64,000 nt of DNA from Amphiscolops sp. MND2022 (taxonomy: Eukaryota): positions 92,258,001-92,322,000 of the forward strand of contig OZ076409.1 in the NCBI GenBank assembly GCA_964187785.1, in the 5' to 3' direction. This document shows, one piece after another, positions 12,491-23,300 of this stretch. The notes beneath the pieces were generated by a model. That model saw nothing but the letters and a program-made list of their open reading frames with translations. It was not told where the DNA came from and did no database searches. Positions within the stretch are counted from its first letter, which is position 1, and each line of letters starts with the position of its first letter. The position numbers and the translations under genes are program-made.

Positions 12491-12991
12491 GTTGAGACTG
12501 AATTATAACTGAAGGAAATTACAACCGGTCATCAGTAGCATTCTCATCCATAAATCATCCTCCATTCAAGTCGGTTTGAAAATCGCCACGATTTCCTTTG
12601 CGCGTTTCCGCTCAACTTCGTCGGCATTGATCTGAGACTGGCAGCTGTCAACAAATCAAATACTTGAAGTTTTTTTTGTCAAGTCCTAGGAGAGGACGAT
12701 CCATTTTCAGAGAAAGCTTGAGTTGGCTGTACTGGGAAGAAAAGGTGATGTCAGTATTTGAAATCGGAGTTTTTTCATCGATTTTTCATCTTCTGAATTC
12801 AAGTATTTGATTAACATGGCATTCAAGCTGCGTCGCGCTTTTTTGAAATCTTCTATTGAATTTGTTCTTCTGTAATCATGGTTGATCAGGCCATTTAATT
12901 ACTGATCAAATTCTCTGCTCTTGGATTCTTCGATTTCTTTCCTTCTTTCACCGTCTTCCATTCTTTTCAGATTGTTTTGCAATTCTTTGCG

Positions 12992-15900
12992 ATGTCGGAT
13001 ATCAACTCCATCTATTCGTTACCAGAGGCCGAGGTCACAGAAAGTAAGTGCACTATTTTTTCTCTTCTTCACAAACGGGCCGGGGAATAATTAGGAATTG
13101 AAGGCGTGTCTTGGTTTTAGCGGACTCCGTTCACTCTGTCGGCATAATTTCCGAACTGACTACTTTGCAGACAGTTCCGCCTCAAGATGCTCCGATCCCT
13201 GCAGCATCTCACGCACCTCAGTATCAACCTGAGCAGCAAACTGAACAGGCCCCTAACGTCCCGTATCTTCCGCAGTGTAAGTACTATCCTTCCATTCTTC
13301 AGTTCAGTCTTCGAATCCCTCATATCTCATCCTTACTCCGTCCAGTAGCTGACTCCTTTTCGTATGGTGTTTCAGACCACTACCCTTGGTATGCCTCCCT
13401 AGGCAGCATCACCTTCGGGTGGTATGACCGCCACATGCGGGACATGCTGCGGGACAGCATCCAGCAATACAGTGAGTTTGTCAATTTCCTTTTCACTCCT
13501 CTAGGCTATCGTCCGAACACTCCGATGTGATTCCGATGTAAACATCTCATCTGCATGTAGTGTCCTTTGCGGTCGGTTACCCATGTAATTCATTTTTAAG
13601 ATGAATTTCGGATGTGTCATGAACATTCACAGCTCTTCATGACTGACTCGCTGTAAATTCCATTTTTTGAAGATGAGTTTTGGGTGAATTCTTCTCCGGT
13701 CTTCTTTCTTCGCGCGGCGTACGCGCTCTTTCTTCTCTAATCGTCGTCGTCCAGTAACTGTTTCTTCTTTCAGGCCCCACACCGATCCACGCACCAAGGC
13801 CTCGTCCCATCAGCTATTCCGTAGGAGTAGGGACGGGTGATTTCGCCGCAACTAGTGCTGATGCTAGCACTCAAGGAGGGCCCCCTCCACTAGAGTTGTC
13901 CTCTTTCCTTGAGGATCTGTCACTGGGTGCAGTGAGTTCTCCTGTGATGAGGGCTTCCGCCTCCGTCCTCTCGCCGAGCTTCCATCGGTACCTTGACGCT
14001 AGTGCCACTCCCAGGAGTCCTCTTCCTCCACCTCGCGTCACAGTTGACACCGCTGCAAATGCCGTTGTTGCTTGTATAGATGTAGCCATTGATGCCTGTG
14101 TGGATACCGCGGACAAGGAGGTCCAAGCCGTTACTGAAACTGCTGATGATTCCACGTCCTATGAACCCCAGGTGGAGACTTCCCCGTCTGCTTCTTCTCC
14201 TCCACCGGTTGCTGATGTTCCGGGGGCGTTTGACGGCGACGTTGACCCATCTGAAGTTCCTTCAACTGGCACCACTGAGACCCGACTGGAGATCCCTGAT
14301 GATCTCTCATTGCACAGTCCTCCATCTGGCATGTCAGTTCCAGGAAGTATTGTGTCCAATGTGGGTACTGTCGACCTCGAGACGTCTCCAATGGGACCCA
14401 GCCTGTTGGACTCCGATGACGAGCCCATTGCATCTCGTCTGCCAGGTTAACTAAACAGCTTTAAACCGGTGAAGTATCTGATCAGTAGATTTTCATTCGT
14501 TTTCCCTTTTCGTTTTTACTTTCGCTAGCATTTTTCACGTTTTCTCTTTTCTATCCATTTTCCATCGTTTTTCTGTTTTCACTATATGTTTTCCGCAGGT
14601 TTTCATTTTCCATCGTTTTCTCATCGTCAAAAGTTTTGAACAATAGTCTTTTCGCTCTCTGGTCGTTTTTTAGAACTTTTCATCTCTTTTACATCTTTAA
14701 AATTTCTCGTTTCGGTTTTCGCTATCTTTCAGTGTTTTCTTTTCAGTTTACATCTCTTTTTCATCGTTAAGTTGTTTTCGCTCTAGAATATCTCAAATTT
14801 GGTTCAAAGTCGCTCTATTCATCTCTTTTTCATCGTTCGAGGCTTTCATTCTTTAAAGTTTCCATTTTTCATCCTGGTGGTTTACAAATACATCTCTTTT
14901 TCATCCTTTTCATTTTTTCTCGTTTTTCGCTTGTATTTCCCGATGAAAATATTATTTTACATCATTTTTTCATCACTCCGGGTGACTTTTGGAAGGTTGT
15001 CGTGGTATTTTTATTTTTCAGTTTCGAAAGGGTGATTTTTGTAGATTTGTTGTCTTTTTATTTCAGGAAGGAAAGTTCTCAAGTCAGCATGGTTCGGCCA
15101 TGCTTATTGTGGATTGGCGTTAGGTTTTCCAAAAGATCACCTGACGCGTGATTCGTACGCGCGGTGCCTATTTTGCAAGCAGGATGTAAAGATCGGTAGC
15201 CGCGGCATAACGACGTTTCTTGAGCACTGCCGCGGAATGAGGCATCATCGTCTGGATTGCTTGGTGCGATTACGACGTGGGCTCGCACTGCGGAAACGGG
15301 ATGGGACGCTCATGTCCGAAGCTGAGTGCGATGTATGTACGACGACGTTAGCTGGCGAAGCAGTGCCGGTAGTTGAGTCATGTCCCAATGTGACCGTGAT
15401 CGAGGCTCTACAGATTGAGGCGACTGGCAGATCAGTGTGGGGCGACATATGCGCATCGAGCGACAGCGAGCGGGTTGAAAGTGTGAAGCTGTTTGTGTGC
15501 CTGGTCGTGGATGCTATATATCGCGACTGTGATTTCTCGAGTGTGCGTCATCTCTGGGACCTGATGGTGTCTTCGAATTCCCAGCATGCTGTTTTGTTTG
15601 GTTCGGCGTGTCGAGAGGCTGATGTACTGGTTATTATATTTTCATGTGTTGTATGTCATATGATATGTTTCATGTTTTGCGTGCACTAGTAATCAACAAT
15701 TAGGGCGTTTTTTCTTTTATTTTTGTTATTCTGGGTTGGGGGTGTACCTGAAAATGAGCTAAATGTTTTTTAAATGATTCCGATTTTTCTGTTTAGAGTG
15801 TGGTCCTTTTGGGGTTGTGGCCCTATGTCATGCGGCGAGTACTGAGTTTGTGGACTGAGACCGAGTTCACTAGTTTTGGTGTGTCTGTTGTGGCGGACAG

Positions 15901-17681
15901 GGTGGTGGGCACCGTGAGCGTGTGTACTGTGGAGGGGCTCGCAAGTTATGTGGTTCTATCCTTCAATTACTCGCAAGAATGGGAACAGCGTGTGGTCTCC
16001 TGGATGGTCAACTTGCTCTGTTGTGCTGTGGGGCAGGTCTCTCCTATTGGTGTCAACTGCAGTTTGTTACCCAGACTAGAGCATGTGCTGGTGAGGGGTT
16101 CTGGACTAGGAGCTGTTTCACTCATTCCTCTGCGGATCAGCGACCTGAATAAAGTGCTTGTGGACGCGAGTGTGCGCGTTATGGGCGGTGTTGATGTGCA
16201 TACACTGCTTAATCATTTGCAGACAAGGCTGAAGGACTTTGTGCATGATGCCGTTCTACTATCTTGTCCGAAACTATTGCAGGTGAATATGTGTTCTATA
16301 TCAGTGTTTCTAATTGCATGTTTGTTTGTTGGAGATCGTGTGCTTTTAAGTTGGGCGAGTGGTGGATCTTGGTAAATTGTTATTATCCAGCTCGATGTTT
16401 TTGTAGGCTGTGCTGGAGGGAGAGGTCACTCTGTGGGATGTTCCTGACGTACTGACAGAGCTCCATACGAATTGGTTGGACATCGTTGTGCTACTGAGGG
16501 TACCTGGTAATTCTGGTGTGCCTGACACTCTGGACATTGTGCTGTGTGGTGACCCTAGTGTGTCTCTTCGTCTTCATGCTTTGTCGCTGGTGTTTCGTGC
16601 TCGTATGTACAGTTTAATGTTTAATAATCTATTTTGTAGAGGGGGCTGTTATATACATTTATCTATGAAGTTTGGTTTGATTGTCGTCGTTTGTAGCGGG
16701 GGGGGGGGCTATTATATACACTTCTCAATGAAATTTTGTTTGATTTTAGTCGTTGCTGCTTTTCGCTGGAGCTTCAGTGGCTGCGAACTGAGGACTGCAC
16801 ATTGGTCGTATGAAAGTTCATGCTTCGTGCACACTATTTTGTCCTATGTCGTTGAAGAGTCAGATCTCCCTGCCGTGTTGGATGTACGAGCTTGTTTGTG
16901 TCTTGACCTTAATGGGCTAGTGGTTTCTGATGCCAAGTTAAATTCTCTTCGTGAGGAGTTTGCTGCCCATCTGGACTGTTTCGAGCGCCCTGACGTGTTT
17001 GAAGGGAATGTCATTCTAGTGAAAGACTTTCTGTTGATGGTCGTGGAGGAGTTCTTGAGTGTACGAGGAGTGAAAGAAGAGGTGACTTTCCATCTGAGCG
17101 TTTGCTGTCCGGCCCTGTTATTGTCTTGTGAACCTGATGTTTTGTCAGCGGAAGTTGCACTGTTTACTGAGTTGCTAATGGAGCTGAGACGAGTCACCGC
17201 TGTGGAGAAAAGGCGGATGGATAGAAGTTTCCGTGTATTCTTGGATAACTATCGGCGGATTGCTACTGGAGTGACTTCAGATAGTGCGAGTTCTGCTGTC
17301 GAAATTCTCCGAGCGTGTGATGGTGTGTCTGCGCAGCGGTTGTTCAGGTTTCTAATGTGCTTGAACGAGAGTCCACTCTTGCCGTTGAGAACACCTTGTG
17401 GTAGTGTGGGCCATTTACGGAGTGACATCACGACCAGCGTGTGTTCGAGTGTTTTGAGTTTTCTCAAGGCTCATCGTATACGGAGATACGAGAGTGTCAG
17501 TGGACCTTTCTTGGAGGAAATCGCTGAATCATTTGGACGATTTACGACGCTGTCTGATGTAACGGACGACATGCTATGGGACGACGTCGGTGTGGTGGCT
17601 GCCGAGGATTATCGCCAATCCCTGTACGAACTGCTGGGATTTACTGAAGAAGGAGAACGTGCTCCGAGTCCGGAGATTTGA
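12992..17681 (+). CDS. Antisense, intron-containing accessory gene of element 1: about 1059 aa, acidic/Ser-Pro-rich N-terminus, BED-type zinc finger, degenerate hAT-transposase-like body
   Basis: Predicted exons 12992-13043, 13121-13276, 13349-13471, 13774-14445, 15067-15629, 15797-16282, 16407-16602, 16750-17681. All introns are GT..AG with matching phases (1,1,1,1,0,0,1), giving 3180 nt open. Zinc finger: RKVLKSAWF...ARCLFCKQDVKIGSRGITTFLEHCRGMRH. Confidence 0.85.
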
Positions 17682-20306
17682 GAATTCTAGTCTGTTGAAC
17701 TTTTGATTGTGGATTATTTTATTTTATTGTTTCGTTTACTTGAAGTAGTGCTTTATATTACATTATAGTATAGTTTTAGTGGGTGACCAAGTCAATGTGC
17801 CACTGCAAGTGGTGGGGGGGTAACTGCTGCGTCGGAAAAATCGGTGGCAGGTTGTATTTACAGAAGAATTATTTGGCGCCCGAATATTTTTTCTCTTGAG
17901 ATACTAGTGATTAATTGTGCAGGTAGCGGTCGGTTAGGTTTACGGTAATGGAGTTCTTTTGTAGGTCACAGTACTCAGCGTCTCTATTTTCATTTGTCGT
18001 CTTTTCGCATCGCTTATGTGTTCTTTTCTAACGTTGTTCGTCCTTTAGGACATCGCGTGTATGTGTAGATATTTCAGTAATGCTTTGATTTTGATTTCTC
18101 ATCGTATTTTCATCACGTTTTCCTCGGTCGGCCGAGCGACGTCGCGAAAAGTGATTTTTCATCTTTTTTACATCGTTTGTTATATGCGATTCATTGCATG
18201 TTTGTTACATGTGATTTTTCTACATAGTTCATCGTTTTTTCATCTTGCCTTTGAATTTTTGCATTTTTGCTAGCTATTTGGTGTAATTCATCGTTTTTGC
18301 ATCGCAAGTTTGACTTGGCAAGTTTTTGCTCATTTTGCTGTATAGTTCATCTTCTTTTCATCGTGGTTTTGAAATGTATGAATTTTTGCGTGTTTTCGAT
18401 GTTATTTGGCTATAATGTAATCGGGGGTTGCATTTTTCATGTCTGTGGGAAATTTTTATTAATCTTGCGGTGTTTCGGAGTGTTTTCTTCGTGTATTTTA
18501 GCGTTATACGGTTATAACCGTTTGTCGTGTTTTTGAATTTGCATGAATTTTATGGTACATGTGTTTTGATCATCGTCGTCATGTTTCTAATTTGTCAAGT
18601 ACGGAACGTCATTGCATGTATTTTTAGTTCGAATTCTGGTGACCGCCGCTTGCGTGGCAGTCGAAAATAATTTCACTCAGCAGTGGTACTGATAGCCTGT
18701 AGGCGTGCAAGGTACTAGTGGCTTCAGTCCAAAGCTGGGTGAGTGGAGCTGCTCCGCTCCTTTCAGATGAATTGAATCTCGTAGTTTCGGGCTATATATA
18801 TTCTATATGTCATTTTTTCGGTTGGTTGTTTGCCATTATTCATCGAAATGGGTTTGTCCATTTGACGGTCAGTCCGATCAATTAATATGATTGACAACTA
18901 CAGTTATGCATGTGTCCAGTTTGAGACTATCTGTTTCTTGTATTTACATGTATGGATTGTTACATGATGTGTTCTTTTAAATGGGTTGCCCCATTATTGA
19001 CATGTCGTTATATGTTCGGTGTCAGTTTCATGTTTTTTAATTTTATTTTCGTTCATTTGGACAGGGCTTTGTCGTCACAAAGCCCCTACAAAACTAACTG
19101 AGAATCCACTAGCCGCTGGATAACCAACGCAGCAAGCTTCATCCGAATATGGTTGTGAGCTCCCCGCCTCAACTAACCAGCACTCTTTTCAGAGAAATGC
19201 CAGCCAGCACGAAGGAATGGTTTTAGCTTTTCGATAGGGGTGTTTTGTATGTTATGATCTGATGTTTACTGGGGGGTGCTCACTCCTTTATTAGTTTTGT
19301 AGGCGTTTCGTCAATTCTTATATTTTGCATGTAAATTAGTAGACTTCATGTATTTTCGTTTGTTTGTTTCATTTTTATTCGTCTAGGTTCGGATGGTTTT
19401 GGTGTGAATTGCATATATTATCTCGTTCATTTTTGAACGGTACATGTATATTTCCGTGCGTTGCTCATTTGTATTGCATGTAGTTTGGAATTGTTAATTG
19501 CTTTCGTGACGTCATTGATTTGGCAGGTCTTTGAACTTTACATGTATTGATCATTTCATTTTTGTGTCGCATAAATTCGTTGCATGATTCGAAATAAGGT
19601 GGGTTGTTTTTTATCGTTTCGTGGAGTTACATGTTGTTTGTGAATTAGCTGATTTATTGTGATGTTATGTTGATGGTGTTTCCCATCACAAAGAGGTGTT
19701 GGTAAGTCATTTAATATTTTCGAATTTCCATTTAGACTAAATTCATCGTTTTGACATCCTCCAGCGAAGCTAGAGTATTGTGTCAGGTTAACGATAAATT
19801 CGGTCGCGATTTGATGGTAGTGTCCATCACAAATTCATCTCGTTAATTGATTTCATGTAATTTATGAATAATTGGATCGAGTTCATCGCTATTTCATCCT
19901 CTGGCCGAGCTAGAGTCTTATGATAGCATGAACGTGAGTGCGTTCGCATTCTGATGGTATTTTCCATCTCAAATGCATCGTTAGTAAATATTGCATGTTG
20001 ATTTGTCTATTTTTTGACTGAGTTCATCACTTTTTCATCTCTCGTGTGTCTGAGTTAAATTTTCGTGTGGTTTCATCCTTTTTTCATCTCAAACTTTTGT
20101 GTGGTGTTTTTTCTGGTTTTTTGATCGTTTTCCATCCGTTTTACATCGCGTTTTGTTTGTATGCGGCTTTCATGTGATTTTTAGTAACTTTTCATCCATT
20201 TTGCATCTTCATGTGTTATTTTAAGTTAAAATTGCATGTAATTCGTTCGTTTTTGTGATTTGTTCATCCGTAACACATCTCAGATTTAAAGTGAAACTTT
20301 TCTTGG

Positions 20307-23300
20307 CTAAATCGTTACGTCTATTTTGTTGGTCTTTCTCAGTGCGTTTCTAGCTGAAGTAATCTCATGAATGAGGAAGTCTGGATACGTTTTCGGTGTA
20401 GGGTTCTCACGTAACCTGTACCTACTTTGATTTGATCTAGACGGTCTAGAACTCATCCTTTCTTCATTTTCGTTTTGCGTGTTTGTCTGTTGTGACTGGT
20501 TTTCGTGTTGTTCGTCTCTCAGAGGTACTCTTATCCTACTTTCATCGCGGGGAGGCGGTAGAATAATTTCTTCTCGCGTTCCAAATCTAACTGTAGGTGG
20601 TCTAAAGTTGTTGTGATCAGTTTCTACTTGGTGATAGTCTATTCTCGTGGTTATTTCTGGTGGAATTACTTGTGGAGTGTGTTGTTCTTGTACCCGAGGA
20701 ATTGTTTCTTCTGAAGGCTCTTCTTCGACCAAGTCTTGATCTAGATTGTCATTCTCATTCTGATCTACTTCGTCGGTCGTCGGAATATTCGAGTCGAAAA
20801 TGTCCGTGTCTTCAACCCTTTCGGTATCTGGGTAGAGATGTTTGGACACGTTGATGTCGTCAATCGGAAATTCCGGTTTGAACAATCTCAGTCGCATGCG
20901 ATGTACGCACTGAGTTTGGTGTGTGCCTACTTTGCGGATGATGTAGTTGCTATCGGATAGCACTTTAATCACCTTGTACGGTCCTTTCCAATGGAAAGTT
21001 TTAAACTCTTCTTTGCTTCTCTGAGAGTCGTACTTAGGGTCTAGTAGGAACACAAATTCATTTACCTTCAGTGGCTGTGCTCGTGCCTTTCTATCATAGT
21101 ACGTTTTGTATTTGTGATAGGCGGAAATGATGTTATCTAGATTGTCTCTGAAGATAAAATTCATTTTGTCTAGAATTTCGTTCACGTCCTTGCACTTTGT
21201 TTCAGCCGGTTTGTTTGCGTTTCGGAATTGCAGATCTAGTGAGTTGTATGGTGTTCTTCCGTGGAAAATTTCAGTTGGTGAACATTTCAGTGAATCATGA
21301 TACGTTGTGTTATGGGCCATGATTGCTATGTCGACATAGCGGTCCCATTGTGGTCTGTCTGCGTTTACGCTAATCTTAAGGATCTTTTTCAGTTTCGCGT
21401 GCGTTCTCTCCACCATGCCTATTGTCTGCGCGTGCTTTATCGTGGCATGGGAGATGTGAATATCAGCCGCTTTCGCGATTTCAGACAAAAGTTCAGCCGT
21501 GAACGCCGTGCCCTTGTCCGTCAGAATGTGTTTGGGCACATACGCGTGTTTTGTGAAGATTGACAGTAGTCCTCTGACTACGGAATGTGTGTCAGGTCTC
21601 TTCAGCGGAACGGCGAACAGGTAGCGCGAAAAAACGTCAACAGCCGTCAGAATGTGTGTAAAACCGTTCGATGCCGGGAGTGGACCAACGATGTCTATTT
21701 CCAGCAGGTCTTCTGGTCCGTCGCACGGGTCGTAGATTTTTTGTAACGGTGGACGTAGTTGCGTTTCTTTTACACTTTTAGACTTCATGCAGTTTTCACA
21801 TCCGTCAAGGACTTTTTGAACTTTACAGGCTAAGTTAGGAGAATAATATCTTTTACGAAGTTCATACAACATTTTCTTTAAACCAGGGTGTCCTTGTACC
21901 GGGCTGTTATGTAGAGTCCTAATTATTTTCAAAATACAGTCTTCAGGAACAACTAACTGCTTGTGAGACTCTAGTCCCGTGTGATCAAAAAACTGTCTGT
22001 ACAAGACACCGTTTACAACTTGTAGGCGTTTTCGATTTTTGTACAACTTTTGAAAAAGCTGGTCTTGCATGTTAACTGGGTGTTGCAAAATTTCAGTACC
22101 TTCTAAAAATCTAATCATTTTTTGGATAACCCAGTTATTTTTCTGGACCTGAATTAGATCGATCCCCTCAGCGGGGCTAACCTGACTCATTACCGGGTGT
22201 GATAATGATACTTTACGGATGAATTGCGAGAGTTGAATCGGCTCGTCCACGTCTGTGAAGCGGTACGTCAGATGGTTGTCAGTCGCGAAGTCATCTGAGG
22301 CCGCTGTTCTCTCACATTTGGTGAACTTCATCCCTTTCCCATCGTCATGAGCCACGTCAGTGCCAGTTGCCAATTTCATCTCTTTGACATCCTTCTGGCG
22401 TTTGCATCTGAGTGGTTCGCTCGCGGGGAAGTAATCAGGCTCGTCTTCCTCCTGTTTTGGTGTACGGGAGGCGATGTCGATCTCGATCCTGTGAATTGGA
22501 ATAGTATCAGTCAATTTTAAATGTACACGGTCTTCAGGTCTAATCTCAAGCCGAGATAAGTAATCCGCTGCGGGATTTTCAACTCCTGGAACATGTGCTA
22601 ATAGAAAATTGAACTGAAGGGTTTGATCGCAAAAATTCCAAAGTGAAGGCGGGATATGCTTCGCCTGGAAAAATCTAGTCAAGGCCTTATTGTCAGTCAT
22701 AACAATGATGGGTTTTTTCGCACCCCACAAAATGTGGCCAAATTCATCGAAGGCAAAGTGCATAGCTAGAAACTCTTTGGCATACATTGTTAGAGACATC
22801 TGGCCGCCCTGAAATTTCTTAGAGCCAAATGCAACAGGGGCGTATGTATGTTTGACTGACGGGTCTGCATAATCCTCGATTAACAACACATAGCCTGCAG
22901 CGTGTTCGCTGGCGTCACACATGATTACCAGTTGTTTATCTGGTAATGGCAATTTCAGAGACACTTTTGTTGCTTTTAACAAACTTTCATTAATTTCAAA
23001 AATAGCATCTTTATGTTGTTGGTTCAGCTTGAAAGGGACGTCTTTCTTGATGAGTTCCTGTAAACAACAAGTTTTATCAGCTAGACGGGGAATGTAAGAC
23101 CTGTAAAAGTTCACAAAACCAAGATAACGTTGCAACGCTTTCACTGAATTGGGGGGTTTCAACTTCGTTAAATAGTCTGTTACGCGTTTTTCAATGGGAG
23201 CAATACCAGTGCTAGAAATGGTTTTTCCCAAGTACTCAATTTGTTTTTGTCCAAATTCACATTTACTCATGCTAAGTTTAAGTCCAGCTTTGTGCAATTG

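Noticed and set aside
14799..15035. Hydrophobic Phe-rich ORFs (also 18061-18536, 34315-34527)
   Set aside because: Artefacts of T-rich intron/spacer DNA or the TTA microsatellite.
12992..17681. Accessory gene as env, or as an independently nested hAT transposon
   Set aside because: It is antisense with no signal peptide/TM/furin layout. I found no TIRs or 8-bp TSD, its introns carry the element's own motif, and a homolog occupies the same position in element 2.
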